Assembly: GCA_026770705.1 (NCBI GenBank) | Contig: JANJGN010000039.1 | Location: 3,224,001-3,288,000, forward strand | Source of the DNA: Isurus oxyrinchus | Taxonomy: Eukaryota | Length of the DNA: 64,000 bases | Reading direction: 5' to 3' | Shown here: one piece after another, positions 1 to 14,200 of the stretch | Layout: each line of letters opens with the position of its first letter | Numbering within the stretch: position 1 is the first letter of the stretch | The notes under the pieces: model-generated | Database searches by the model: none | What the model was told of the DNA's origin: nothing | The model's input: only the letters and a program-made list of their open reading frames with translations | Made by a program: the position numbers and the translations under genes

Positions 1-249
1 AATGTTGTCATTGTTTAGCGCCATTAATTTCTCCATTAATTTCAACCTGCTTACGTGAAGTTTGTGGAGCCTTTGTTCCTGATTCACTAATTATCTATTT
101 TGGATTCCTGGCATGTTGAGCTGTCCCTTTACTGCAAATACTGAAGGAATACTCAGTATGCCTGCCATCTCCTACTTTCCGTTGACAATGGAACCATTAT
201 TAGATCTATCTTGCCTCACATTGCGTCTGGCTATTCTCTTCCTCGAAAC

Positions 250-1460
250 GTGGAAAATCGGAAGGGGGTTAGTTTATTTGGCCCCTCGAACCTGCTAGCT
301 AATTTAATAGCACAATCGCTCGTCCTCTCTCTTAACGCTGTGCTCACAAGCTCTCCACATGCCCCTTCTCACCTTTAGCGTCAGAAATATATTTCCCTCT
401 AAAATATATTTAGTGAAATGGATTACACAGCCCACTCTGGTCGAGAATTCTATATTTCCGCCCCCCTCTGAGTGAAGGATTTTCACCACATTTCAGTCGT
501 AATTACCCTATCACGTGTCCAGAGGCTGTCAACACTTTTTATCCACCCCTCAGCCGGAGCAAACACAATCACAGCATCAAGTCAGTCCCTGCCTGTCAGA
601 ATGTTATAGGTTCCAATGTTGTCCCCTGTTATCTACCTAAACACCAATAAATACAAGCGTAAGCTGCCCAATTCCTCTCATCCGACAATCCTGATATCAG
701 ATGAATCATTCTGCTGAAATTCCGTTGCACTCCCTCTTTGGAAATAGATAATTCCTTAGAGGCGTAGACGAGAAATGCAAAAGGACTCCAGGTGTGGGCT
801 CACCAAGGGCCTGCAATGCTGCAGCAAAACGTCCTTGCTCCTCTGCTCCAGCCCTCTGGCAATGAAGCCAACATGTCATTTGACTTCTTAATTGCCTCCT
901 GCACCTGCTGGCTTGTTTTCATCCATTGGTGTACAAGGGCTTCTATGTCCTTTTGAACATCAGAAATTCCAAATCTGACCTCATTTTTAAAAGTCTCAAC
1001 CATTCTGATTTCCTGCCACTGTCGATAACTTCACTCTTCCCTTGTCACTTTGCATCTTCCATGTATTTATCACACACTTGACTTGTGAACATCGACTTGA
1101 AACCTCTTATCGCCCTCCTTACACCGCATGTTCTCATGAAGACTTTTTTCGCCAGCAACCTTGGAAATATTAGATTTATTTCCCTCAGCCAAACCATAGT
1201 TACATATTGTGAATAGCTAGTACACAAACACTGATCACTGCGCTATGCCACTAGCAAACGCCTGCCCGTCTGAAACTTGCCTGTCTTCCTATTATCCCCT
1301 TTCTCTCTCCTCATCAATTCTTAGTGCATATAAACATATTACCCCCATTGGCGTGTGCTTTAATATTGCACACTAACCTCTTAGTTGGGGATTTAATGAA
1401 AACCTTCTAAAATTCCTAATACAACACTTCCACTGGTTCTCCCTTATTATATGCGGCTAG
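250..1460 (-). mobile_element. Decayed CR1-clade LINE 3' portion (paralogues at about 6680-7680 and 19330-19930)
   Basis: Reverse-strand CR1 RT C-terminal and 3' tail motifs (ggtgtgggctcaccaagggcc; ttccactggttctccc), with many stops. Confidence 0.7.
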
Positions 1461-4400
1461 TTATCATTGTAAAAAATTAAATGGTGATTTAGGTATTCAT
1501 TGCAAGTTCGTGAAATATTAAACTGTTATTCGTCCTTTCTTTCCTGTAACTGTATGCTGCTCCTTGTATCTTTCGCAAGCATCTGGGCCTGAGCGTTCTG
1601 CATTTATTTACTTTTTCGAAAAATTGTCCTTTCCTATTTTTTTTCACTCCTGCTTTTGCATTAATTTATATTAGCAAGTAGATGCCTCGCACGTTGGTTT
1701 ATACGTTGGGCTCTTTAAATACCTTTGGACACACCTAAATGTAGTTTGTCCTTCACATTCACAGCTTTTCCCGCTCTTGTTTGTGAGAGAGAAAATGATC
1801 TCAGACAACCACAAGAATCTTCACACTTTTCGTACATATGCTGGGCAGCGTATCACAATCTCCTTGAAAGGTATATTGACAAAGGTGTAGGTAAATCAAA
1901 GATGACGTTATTAGCTAGAAAACAGCTGATGTTCAGGGAACGGGAATGGGTCTCAAGAAGGAATTCTAAGAAAAGTAATGAACAAAAAGAGATAGAATGA
2001 CAACTTGTATTCGTTTATAATGTGAACAACGGACTGCAGAATAATAAATATCCAACTAAAAGAACTAGAACTATCTGATCGCAGTGAAACACAATGGGCC
2101 AAATGCACTCCTTTCAACAGAATTTAAACTAAAGAGAAAGGTAGTCACCAAGTTGAATGAACAGAAATAAAATGCAGCAAAGAGGAACGGGAAGCGTTCG
2201 GAAGAAAAGATGAACTATGAAAATGACTTTTCGCCTAACATAACCAGAATTAGTAAAGCAGACCACAAACTATCTAATATCAACAGGGAATCAGCATTAA
2301 TTCAGATTCATTAAAGGTTGGATAGAGCAACTTCAAGTAATGACAGTGAAATGGGACAAATGACTGATATATATTGTGCCTATTTTTCAGCAAGCGATAT
2401 GACATTATACCATTGCAAATATTGCATTTTTCAATCTCCCTTGTCGACGCTTGAAAGCCTCTCAGCCCAGGTTTCCCTCTCTATCCGTCTCAGTTATATT
2501 CTTCTGTATGTTTCGTCTTTGCTGCCACTTGACCGCTGCCACTCTCCCTGTGTCTGTGTGAATGCTCTAAATTATGACTGCTCCTGTATTATTTCTGTGC
2601 CAATGCAAACATCTTATGTTATCTTTTTTTTTTTGATTGTTGGCACTGCCAAAGCAGAATTTGCTGCCCATCCCTAATTACCGTTGTACTGGGTGGTTTC
2701 CTGGGCCTTTTCAGTGGGTAATTAATTGTGCCAACTAATTATGTAAGAGCATTACTGAGACGAGCTTCAGAATTCCTAATCACCTATTCCCTGGTTTCTT
2801 CATTACTACTCTAGTGACTGCCGCAATGCCAATTAACTGCAGCCCCCACCCAGTATGACTGTAACTCATTTGATAAAGCCCATCCCCTTTTATAAAGACT
2901 AGGGATAGGCAATAAAGGCTGCCTCAGCCAGCGAAGCCCACACCCCGTGAATGAGTAAAAATTAAAATCAGCATTGTCATATTAATTGCCAATGTAACAT
3001 TGAAGGGCCAAATGACATACAGTTGAATCTCTGTCTGATATTTGAATGCCTGCTATGTGCTTTGCTCATTGAATCATCTCGGTTTCTGCTTTGTCTTATT
3101 TCTGATCGTATGTTCCTGTAACTGATGCTGGATTGGTCGTCGTCATATAATATGTGAAGCATTTGGACAAAATATTAGCCAATACTTGTGATCTGCTGCT
3201 CATAAATCGATATTGAGAACTAACGCCTCTTGGAAGGCTGCATCACAGACAGGTTAAATAACATGAACATGTTTGGTTTAGGAACCATAGCAAAGAGGCA
3301 GTGGTTTGAAATCAAACAAGCTGATATAGCTATGGAATAAATTATATTCAAATGATAATTATCATGTGGGATTTCAACTACAACAATTATTCTGGCAAGG
3401 AATGGTTGGGAAAGGAAACCTAGTGGCTTTTTTATGTACATTGAAGGGCACAAGCCTTACTCAGTTAACAGGAGACCCACCAAAATTGTGTTGAAGAATT
3501 TGGATTTCGAATATAAGCCACAGGAGAAATAGATAAGGACTATAGGTGTATATAGGAAAATCATGTCAGAAATTAATCGCTTGTTGTGACAAGGTTTCTG
3601 AAAAAACAAATAGAAGCAAGAACATAAAAAAATGATTGGGGTAAAAACCTTACATTCGGCCAATGGCAATGTAATTTCGGTAAATAAACTGGAACGGAAT
3701 ATTGATGAACAGAACTGAAAACATTTTTAAAATTGATCAATAGGAGAATTAATCAGGAGAAATAAATTCAACCCCAATACACGCAAAACAGCCAATAATA
3801 AAATACATTGATGAATCAATCAAACAGAACAAAACTAAATATAAAGCCTGATGCCTGCAGTAAGTACTATGACAATAAATGAGCGAGTGTCGAAAAGCAG
3901 GACTCTCTCTCTCTCTTTCTGATTTTCTGGCGACCCTCTCGCACATGATAAATTTTGCAGCATTTATCATCACACAATTCCTGCAAATGGACTGAACACA
4001 TTAAGCAAGAAGACCTCAAAAAATTACATCCCGGCAGGATTTCATTTTCTCTCAATTTAGTCGAGGCAGGTTTCATTTGGCCTTTAACCTCGGCCTCAGG
4101 TATGCCACCCAAGTTAACCAACCATCTTCCCTAAAATCATTATTTAAAAATTGAACTTGCACGAATGCATCTGCTGGCTGGATAATTGACAACTTGTTTT
4201 CCCTTAATACCTGTCAGCGATTTGGGTGTATTATATGAAAATTTTTCTTGAATCAAAGGGTTGTGAATCTTTGACTTTCTCTGCCGCAGAGAGATGCAGG
4301 TGCTTGGCCTTTGACGAAAAATCAACACATAAATTACTAGTTGTTTTGGGTGAAAGATGTTGAGAATCTTTTAGAAATGGAGCTAAGTTAAAAGATCAGG

Positions 4401-4629
4401 CATGTTTAAAGTGAGTGGGTAAATAAACTACAAGGAAAAAGTAAACTTCCCCAGCTCCAACAACTGACCTTCATATGACCACATGTCTACCAAGCCTTTA
4501 ACTCTGCTAACCTCCTCCATGTTTGTAGCTCATTTTTCCATAGGCTGTCTCTCTCTCTCCCTCGCTGTCTTAATGAAGCTTTCTGAACTGTGTGGTGCCA
4601 CGGAAAAGCGTAACGCACAAAGGGATGCA

Positions 4630-5670
4630 GTCAAGTTCTTATAGAAGGAGCAGGGAAATGGAACAGGTGGGGCATTTTCAACTTGTAAGGCTGGGACTCG
4701 TGCAGCGCCGCATTGCTGGTGACTCCATTATTCACAACCTGTATTAACAATGATCTGTATTCACATTTGGTCCAGAGACAAACCACGGTGAGAATTGTAA
4801 ATTTTATTGAGGGCACCAATAGGCTGCAAAGAGATCAGCCCATATTAATTGAGGAGGAATTAAGAGGCCAGTCGCAGTCTGATAGTATGAATTGATAAAT
4901 GTTGTTACTAAATGTACAAAACAGCAGATTTTTCAATTTTGCGATGCCTGAATTTTGTTCTTCGGAAGAATTTTAGTTTATAAATACAGGAACATGGAAC
5001 GCAGAATGTTTGCATCCAGCTAGAGAATGCCACTGGGAAGGCAAACAGTATTTGTGTGTACACTGAAAAAATAAGACCACCTATCCACTATTTTTTAGGG
5101 CTTTTATGAGGTCTGTTCAGGAGAAGTTTATGTGATTTTGATCTCCTTTATAAATAGAAGCATAGTTAGTTTGGAAAGTGATACAGCAAAGCTTCCCTGG
5201 ATTGGTTCCCGGGAATAAAGGATTTTCTAACGATGAAAAGGTGACTCAATCTGTCCTCCCTGCAGTATAGAAATATGATCGGTGATCTTAGTGAAACATG
5301 CACGGTTTATACAGCGTTTATGAAGAGTAGACAGTGAGAGTTTTGCTAGCCTCAATGGGAAACTAGTGATTTTGGGCACATTCACAGCATAAGCAGTTCA
5401 CCATTTTGGGCTGCGATGACTTGAAATTTCTGCATTCAAACGTGTGTGGATAATGGGAATTCACCAGTCCAGTAGGTTTTGTCTGCTCCATCGCTCTGTC
5501 CATTCAAAGGACAGATATAGCCGGTCTTTGCTCTTTCAGAGAATCAAGGGGGTATGGGTCCTGGGTGTGAAATTGAAGTTTAATCTCGTAGATCAGCCAT
5601 GAATGTACTGACAGCGGTTGAAGCTCCATGGATTACTTGATCCACTCCAGCTCTTATGTCTTCAGTTCTT
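4630..5670 (+). mobile_element. Decayed CR1 LINE RT C-terminal part and tail (paralogue at about 16510-17525)
   Basis: Relic of the 'LFxIYINDL' RT motif (ORF 4713 LFTTCINNDL). Typical CR1 tail ending cttatgtcttcagttcttatg. Confidence 0.65.
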
Positions 5671-8237
5671 ATGGTTAGAAATCGCTGTTGCCTACATTGT
5701 AATCCATTTGTTAGTGTTTTGTTCCATTCACTTCAACTATGAGAACAACTTTGAAATCCTATGCTTTGATTTACAATGCTTGTAATGATGCCTATATTTC
5801 TGCTATAGTCAATATTACATTCGTGGTCTTCCAATCATCATCTAAGTTATTAGTAACTACAGTGAACAGTTGAGATCCTTCTGAGCGCTGGTAGTCACAA
5901 CCTGCCAAACCTAATCACGGCCCATTGCCTCCAGCCTCGGTTTTCTTCCCATTCAACCCTAGCCAAAGTCATAATTTTCATTCAACTCTATCAGAATGAT
6001 ACTTAGCTAGCAATCGTTTATGCTGGAATTTATCAGATGTCCCAAAGATGTTGATACACGTAAAGTCCATAGATATTCTAATGTCAATTACTTGAGTTAC
6101 GTTCAATAAATTCAACAAATTCGTCAGTCTAAACCTCCTACCATTTAAAAACCAATGATGACTTTATCTGAATAGCAGGAACACCTCAATGTGTTTACAT
6201 ACGCTATACAGTAGAAATACCTGCCGATAATACCCTTCAACGAAAGGATACTAGCCCAACTGGCCGATAATTCGGTGGTTTCCTTCTGACATATTTCTTA
6301 AATGGCGAAGAGAACAGGCAATACTTTCCACAATTAAGGACTGGTAGCCAAAGTGTTCAAAACTGTGTAAGTTTATGTTCAGAGGCATCTACAACGAGCC
6401 TGACTACATCTTTAAATGTCCTCCAATGCATTAGTCCGGGATTGAAAAATGTTCAGTGTTTAGAGCTATTAATTTCTCCATTACGGTTATCCTGCTCACA
6501 TTCCCTTTGTTGAGACTTTGTGTTCACTAATAATTTCCTTGTGATGGCTGGTCTGTTGTATGATTTCCTTCACGGTAAGTATTTAACGAAGCATTTCTGC
6601 ACCTCTTTATTTTATTGAACAAAGGCGCCATTATCAGATATAACTTATCTCGTATTGCTTCTGACTATTCATTTCCTAGAAACATGGAACATCGGAACAG
6701 GAGTTGGCCATTTGGCTCTCCAAAACCTGATCCGCCATTTATTGTCATCATGGCTAATCCATCAAATTAACGCCGTGGTCTCGTGCTCTTCCCACATCCC
6801 TTCAATATTTTAGCTTCCAGGAATCAATCTATTTCCTCCCCAAGCGTATTCAGTTACCTGGCCGGCACAGAGTCCTGTAGTAGAGAATTCCATCTGTCCA
6901 CCAGCCTCTGAGTGAAGATTATGTTTCCTCATCTCAGTCTTAAGTGGCCAATCCCGCACACTGAGACAGTGGCCACATTAATTTCGACGCCTCAGTCGGA
7001 CGAATCATCATCACCGCAAGCAGTCTGTGCATCCAAGTCATAATGTTATACCTCCCAATGTGATCCAATCTCATTCATCTAAACTCCAGGAAATTTAGAT
7101 CTAAACGGCCAAATTATACTTCATACGACAAACCTGTTATGACAGGTGTCATTCTAATCAACCTTCCCTGATGTCTGTGGCATTCGATCTTTACGTAGTG
7201 ACGCAGACCAAAACTGCACACGATATTCCCAGCAGTGGTCTCAGAAAGGGCCTATAAAGCTGCAGCAAGACATCCTTGCTACTGTGCTCATGCCCTCTGG
7301 CAATGAAGTACCATTTGCCTTCTTAACTGCTTCCTGAAACTCCGTTTTTGTTTTCAGTGATAGGTGTACAAGGAAACCCATGTCCTTTTTTTAAAATCAA
7401 CACTACAAATTCTATCAACATTTTAGAAAAATCTCTCCCATCTTTTTTCAATACCAATGTACATAACTTTCACTTTTTGACGTTTTCCTGCATCTGCCAT
7501 CAATTTCCCACTCTGTTCACCTGTCTAAAATGTTTTGAAGTCTCTTCACACCCTCCTCACCGTATTTACCCAAAATCACATGTCCTTTAATTTTGCGCAC
7601 TAATTGCTTCATTGAAGCTTTATCAAAAACTTTCTGAAAATTCAAATACACCTCTTCCACTGGTTCTCCCTTACCCTTTCAGCGAGGTAATTAATATTAC
7701 ATGGTGATTTTGGAATTTTTTGCACGTTTATTTAAATATAGCTCTTTTAAAAACTCTTCCTTTCTGTTTTGTCACCATTGAATTCTCTTTGTATATTCCC
7801 CATGCCCCAGCCTCTGTCCTTTCTGCATTTATTTACCTAATTATTTTATTCTCCTTTCATATTTTTTCTTCACCCCCTGCTTGATCTTGTATGTGATTTT
7901 GGAAAGTAGGTGTGTTGTAAGTTTTGATATAATTTGTGGTCTGTAACCAATTAAATTATCTTTCCAAATCCTTCCAATATCGTTTGCCCTTCTCATTCAC
8001 AGATTTACCCCTCGTTGTTTTTCAGAGAGGAATTTACCTCAGACACATTCAACGTTCCTGCCAATTTTCTTACATATGCTGATCTGATTATCACAAACTT
8101 CATGGAAGTTGCATTGACAAAGATGTAAGTAAGTCACAAAGATAAAATGTATAGCTAGAAAGCAGCTGATATTCAGAGAACGGCAATGGATGTCAGGAAG
8201 GAATGTGAAGGAAAGAAATGAGAGGAAAGAGATAAAG

Positions 8238-10270
8238 AAATATAAACATATACATAGAAAATAAGAGCGGGAAAAGGCCATTCGGCCCTTCGAGTCTGAT
8301 CAGCCATTCATTATGATCAAGCTGATCATCCAACCGAATAGGCTGCTCCCACTTTCTCGCCATATCTTTTAGCGCCAAGACCTAGCTCCAACTCCATCTT
8401 GAAAACATACAATTTCATGGCCTCAACTACTTTCTGTGGTAGCGAATTCCACAGGTCTACATTATCTTAATTTATCAACTTCGTACACTCAGATTGTGAC
8501 ACCTGGTTGTGGAGTTCCCCACATTCGGGAACATCCTTCCTGCATTTTCCCTGTCTCGTCCTGTTAAAATTTTCCAGGTTTCTAAGAGATTCCCCCTCAT
8601 TATTCTGAACTTTAGCGAATATTATCCTCACCGATTCACAGTCTCCTCATAAGTGAGTCCCGCCATCCCGGAAATCAGTCTGGTAAACATTCACGAAGCT
8701 CCCTCTACAGTAAAAGCATTCTTCCCCAGATAAAGAGAGTAAAACTGCACACAATATTCTAGGTGTGGTCTCACCAAGGCCCTGTAAAATTGCAGCATAA
8801 TATCCCTGCTACTGTACACGGTACCTCTCTCTCTCTATGATGGCCTTCATACCATTAGCATTATTTACCACCTGATGTACATGCATGCTTCCCTTCAACG
8901 GCTGGCGTACGAGGACACCCAGGTGTTGTTGCATTTTCACCTCTCTCAATTTTTAGCCTTTCAGATAATAATCTTCCTTCCTGTATTTGCTACCAAAGTG
9001 GAGACTTCACATTTATCTGCATTATACTGCATCGGCCATGTATTTGCCCATTCATGCAGTGTCTCCAAATCACACTGAAGCATCTCTGCATCCTTCCCAG
9101 AGCTCACCTTCCCACTCAGTTTTGTGTCAACTGCAAACTTGTAGATATTGCATTTAGTTCCCTCATCAAAATCACGTGAATAAATTGTGACAAGCTGGGG
9201 ACCCATCACTGATCCCTGTGGTACCCTATTACTAACAGCCTGCCATTCGTAAATGAAACCTGCTTATTCCTACTCTTTGTTTACTGTCTGCCAACGAGTT
9301 TTCTATCGATCTCAATGCATTACCCTCGGTCTTATTTGGTTTAATTTTACATGCCAACCTCTGAAGTGGGACTTTGTCGAAAGCCTGCCGAATGTTAAAA
9401 TAAACCACGTCAACTGGCTGTCCCTCATCAACTCTACAAGTTACATCCTTAAAAAAATCCAGTGGAATTGTCAACCATGATTTCCTTTTCGTAAACCCAC
9501 GCTGACTCTGTCTGATTCTGCCATGAATTTTTCCACACTGCTCAACTATTAAATCTTTCATAATTAACTCTGTAATTTTCCCCACGACCTCCGTCAGGTT
9601 GCCTGATCTATAATTCACTTTTTTCACTCTACCTCCGGCTTGAAATAGTGGGGTTGCCTTAGCTAACCTCCATTCCTTTGAAACTCTCCCAGAGTCTATA
9701 GGATCTTGGAAGATGACCACCAATTCATCCGTTAATTTCAGGGACGCTTGCTTAAGTAATCTGGGCTGTAGATTATAGGGCCCTCATGATTTATTGGCCT
9801 TCAATACGATCAATTTCACAAACACAATTTATCTACTAATACTGATTTATTTGAGTTCCTCGCTCTCACTAAACCCTGAGTTCTCCGACATTTCTGGCAT
9901 GTCATTTGTGTCCTCATTTGTGAAGACAGAGCCAAAGTATGTATTTAGTTGTTCAGTCATTTCTTGGTTCCCCTATGTAGATTCCCCTGTTTCTGACTGT
10001 AAGGGATGTACATCTGTGTTCACCAATCTTGTCCATTTATCACACCGATAAAAAAAAATACAGTCACGTGATGTTTACCCTGCAAGCTTACTCTTGGACT
10101 CAATTTCCCCCTTCTTAATCAAACCCTTGGTCCTCTTTTTCTCCGAATTATAAATTTTACCATTCCTCAGGTCTGTTGTTTTTTTCGCATTGAATTTGTA
10201 TGTCCCTTCCTTGCATCTAATGCTTTCCCTAACTGCCCTAGTAAGCCATGATTTGCCCACCTTTCCTGTT
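8238..10270 (-). mobile_element. CR1-clade (HER1-like) LINE, 5'-truncated ORF2, present only in duplication copy 2
   Basis: ORFs 9232..9723 (WRLAKATPLF, GQPVDVVYFNIRQAFDKVP) and 8961..9209 (KFAVDTKLSG, WANTWPMQYNADKC) match CR1 RT. The 3' tail is at about 8240-8350. The flanking sequences are contiguous in copies 1 and 3. Confidence 0.92.
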
Positions 10271-10909
10271 TTACAACGTGCATTATTTTCAAATTTGCAC
10301 ACTAGCCTTCAGAGCAATACAAGAAAATTAACAACAAGCCGATCACAATAATGAACAATGAGCAAAATTAACAGCTTTCAGCAGAATGTAAAGGAAAGAG
10401 AAATGTACAATGAACAGAAAGAATAATGCAACAAAGTGGAAATAGAAGCCTTTAGAATCAATGTCGGATCTAAATCTTTGGAAGGAAAAGAAGAACGATA
10501 AACTTTACTTTTCACCTAACATAAAGTAATGGTAAAACATGCCACAGAAAAACTACCATCAAAATGGAATCTGCAATAAGTGAGGTTCATTAAAGGACAG
10601 GCAAGATAAACTCAGATAATGGCATTAAATTGGATAAATGACTGACGTTATTTTGCCCCATTTTTAATAGTAAATTCAACATTACACCATTACAACAACA
10701 GCATAAATCTCATTCTCTCTTTTCGACGCTCCAAACCCTCTCTGTCCTGGTCTCCCTCTCCCTCAGTCTCATTTATATTCTAATGTATGTGTCCTCTTCA
10801 TTTGCTACTTAATTTCTGCCCCTCTTCCTCTACCTGTGTCTGCGTTCTAAATTACGACAGCCTCTGTATAGTATCTGTGCCAATACAATAATTTATTATT
10901 GTATCTTAG

Positions 10910-11265
10910 CTGTTTCTTGGTGCCTTTGGTAAGGCCAGCATTTGTTGCCCATCCTTAATTGCCATTGAACTGAGTGGTTTGCTGAACTACTTCAGAAGGT
11001 AATTAAGGGTCTACCAGTTTGTTGTATATCTGGAGTCACATGTAGGCCATGGCACGAACGGAAGACAGGTTTCCTTTCCTAAAGGACATGATTGAACCCC
11101 ATATAAATTTTGCCACAAACATTTCAGTGTGACTATTACGGAGAATGGCTTCCAGTTCCCGATTATGAATTGAGTTACAAATTCCAACAGCTCCCGTGCT
11201 GAAATGTGAGCCCTGGCAGCCTGGAGTACTAGGCCAGTGACAACAGCGCTAAGCCATCGTCTCCT
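10910..11265 (-). mobile_element. tRNA-derived SINE (MER131/Nin-domain-like core, tentative); paralogue at 21700-22055 and remnant at about 2630-2850
   Basis: Contains ggccagcatttgttgcccatcc...gagtcacatgtaggcc...tttcctttcctaaaggacat. The tRNA-like head is at the right end. Confidence 0.6.
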
Positions 11266-14200
11266 CGTGCCCCGTCCCTGTAAGACCTTAACTCCGCTTC
11301 TACAGCCCCACTTTTGAAGATATCTGCCATGGATGTGCGAAAATGGCTTTGACTCTTGCAAACTATTCCTGTAAATCTGAGGGATGTTTATGTTTGAATT
11401 TATATTCTGCTGTACATCTGCCTCTGCCTTGACTAAGCAAAAATCCTGAACAATTTTATTCCATTTCATTTGAAGTGAATTTGTTCAAACGGTTATGTAT
11501 ACTTGCGAGCTTGGGAGTTTCAGAATAAGTTAACACCGTCTGAGAATAAAACTCCATTACTGAGTTTGGAGCAATATCTTCAGAGAAAGGTTTGTCATCT
11601 TTGAAATTCCCCACCACAAAGGGCTGTGGATGTTCATCTGTTTGTGAATATTTAGGACTGAAATTTCGAACGTTTGGACTATGAATCCTGTAAAGATTCT
11701 GCAGGAAGGGAGTGTTAAATATAGGTCAGCATTATTATATAATTGCCACTGCAACATCGAAAGGCCAAATGGCATAACGCTGCTTATATTTCTGACATTT
11801 TCTCTTTAAATCTACCTGGTTCATTTTTTTCCCTTATTGCTGGCAGTCTGCCTTTGGAACTGAAGCTATTTCATCGACTTCAAAATTTGTCTAACACATT
11901 TGAATAAACTGTTAGCAATTGCTGCTGATCAGCTGCCCAGAACTAGATGGGGAGAACTAGTGCTTCGGGGAAGGCCGAATCATACGCAGTTTAAATAACA
12001 TGAAACAGGCTTTTCTAGAAACCATCACATAGTGGCTGGTGTTTAGAAAGGAACAGGTTAGCAAAGCTATGGAAAGAATAACATTCATATGATCATTGTC
12101 CTGTTGGTTTTCAACTTCAACAATTAATCTGGCAAGGTGGCGGTTAGGAAATGGGAGGGACCTGGGAGGTGATTTAATGTAAGTTAGAGGGCACACTCTT
12201 TACCTGGTTATTATGAAACCCAGCAAAATTGTATTGACGGAATTAAACTTCGAACCTAAACCATAGGAGAAATGAACAATCGTTTTATGTGTAAATGGGA
12301 AAAGCATCTACCAGAAATTAATAGTTCGTTCTGACAAGGATTCGTGAAAAAAGTAGGAGCAAGAAAATCCAAAGGAAAATAATAGATTCAGTTTGGGGAA
12401 GGGGAGGGGTGGGGCGGGGGAACTCGTATTCTGGCAATGGGAATGTAATTCGTGTTATTTAACTGTAACGGAATATAGACGAACAACACTAAAAGCACGT
12501 TAAAAGTGATGAGTAGTGTTCAGTTGAAAAATGTTCAACTAAAATAAGAACAAATATTGCCATTGATGAAACACACTGGATAAATTCATGAAGCAGAACA
12601 AAACTAATTTTAAAGTCTTAAGCCTGTATTCTACAATGACAATAAAGGAGATGATGCCGAAAAGCAGATCTCTCTCTCTCTCTCTCTCTCTCTGTGTCTC
12701 TCACTCTCTCTCTTTCTCGTTGTTCCTCTTTCTCGGGGTCGACCTTCTAAGAGAAGATTAATATTGAATCATTTAACTTCACACAAGCACAGAAAACACA
12801 TTGGAAATGTTTCACGTGATGACCTCAGCTTTTACAGTCCCGGAAATATATATCTTTTTTCTGCCATTATAATTCGAAGGAAGTTTCCTTTTGCTTTGAA
12901 CCACAGCCGTAGATCTGCGTCACCATCTCATCCACTTCCATAGCAGGCATTGTTTAGTTATATTTAATCTTACAGGGATACATATGTGCTCGCTTATGTA
13001 TAAATATGTGTAGGATTATCTAAACCCTGGCGTTGCGGGGCAAGGGACAGCCATTTATGAGGAAGATGACCACATTTTTTTCACATATTTTTCTGACACA
13101 GATAGCAGCAGATTGATCGATCGTCGAGTCTCAACAGGGCATGATTTAACAAACATTTTGATGTGATTGGGATGGAAGGCTTTATGGAGTCTATTAGCTT
13201 TTGATGAAAAGTAAAATATTAGATGCAACTGAATTGAATGGGGCTGCAAGCTGAGATGACTAAATGAGCTAATCCTGCTTCTACATCATATATCCTGATG
13301 ATCACATGCGTTCAATGCGTTTCGCTCTGGTCAACCTCTGTGCTACTTTTCTCCGTATTTTTCACAGCCTGCTCTGTAACAGAAGCGATTTCGTCAGTAT
13401 ACAAATTTACCTTCAATATTTGGCAAGCAATTTGTTCATGCTGAGCACAGTATTTACATGTGGGATTCAGGTTCTTCAACGAAGAGAGGATCAGATATAT
13501 GTTAAACAACGCCAAGATCATTCTAAAGCCCAACTAATCTTGGAGAGATTTTAGACTGAGTCATTATATCTGTGCTACAGGGCGGAATGCTTACCCCTTA
13601 GGCAAACCCACCAAATCAGTGGTCGTGAACTTAGACTTTGAAAAGTCACCGACACAGGTATGAGAAACCATATTAGGTTGAAATAGAGGCACTGCCAATC
13701 AGAATACAATTAGAATTTAGGAGCAAGATTGATAAATACACAAGGGGGAACTAAACTCCAAAATATGACTTGCTAGGAATGAGCTGATATTGTAGCAGTG
13801 AGAATGCAAATTGTGCAGGTAAATTGGAATAGAGTATTGGTGACACAGAGAGGGAGAATAGCTCTAGGAAATATATGTTTATGAGAGATTAAGAGGCGTC
13901 TGGAATAATATCTTACACTAAAACAGGCAATAGACACGACAAGAATATAAGTTCCTTGATGAATGAAAAGAGACAGCAAGAATTAAAAAATGAGTGAAAA
14001 GCTTGCAATAACTGCAATGACAAGGAAGAAGAAAACGACAGGAAGCAAATCAAGGGTTTCGGGGAGAAAACAAAAATAAAAAGGAAGGCAAAGGAAAACT
14101 TCGAAATTAAATAATGAATTAATAAATTACAGAATCAATAAAATACCCGAAAGACACAATTGACAAAAGGCAAATCAGAAAAGCACTAACAAGGATACAT

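Larger units (their letters stand above)
1..6445 (+). repeat. Tandem segmental duplication, copy 1 (about 6.4 kb; may begin left of the window)
   Basis: Collinear anchors shared with copies 2 and 3: attaatttctcca at 23/6468/18997; exon-like block at 1765/8003/20324; SINE at about 2630/10910/21700; CR1-endonuclease relic at about 3300/12050/22850. Confidence 0.85.

Noticed and set aside
3120-3700. Coding-like sequence in the duplicated module as a novel host exon
   Set aside because: Contains IIIM-(G)DFNY and LTQ...P relics of a LINE endonuclease and has many stops in every copy.
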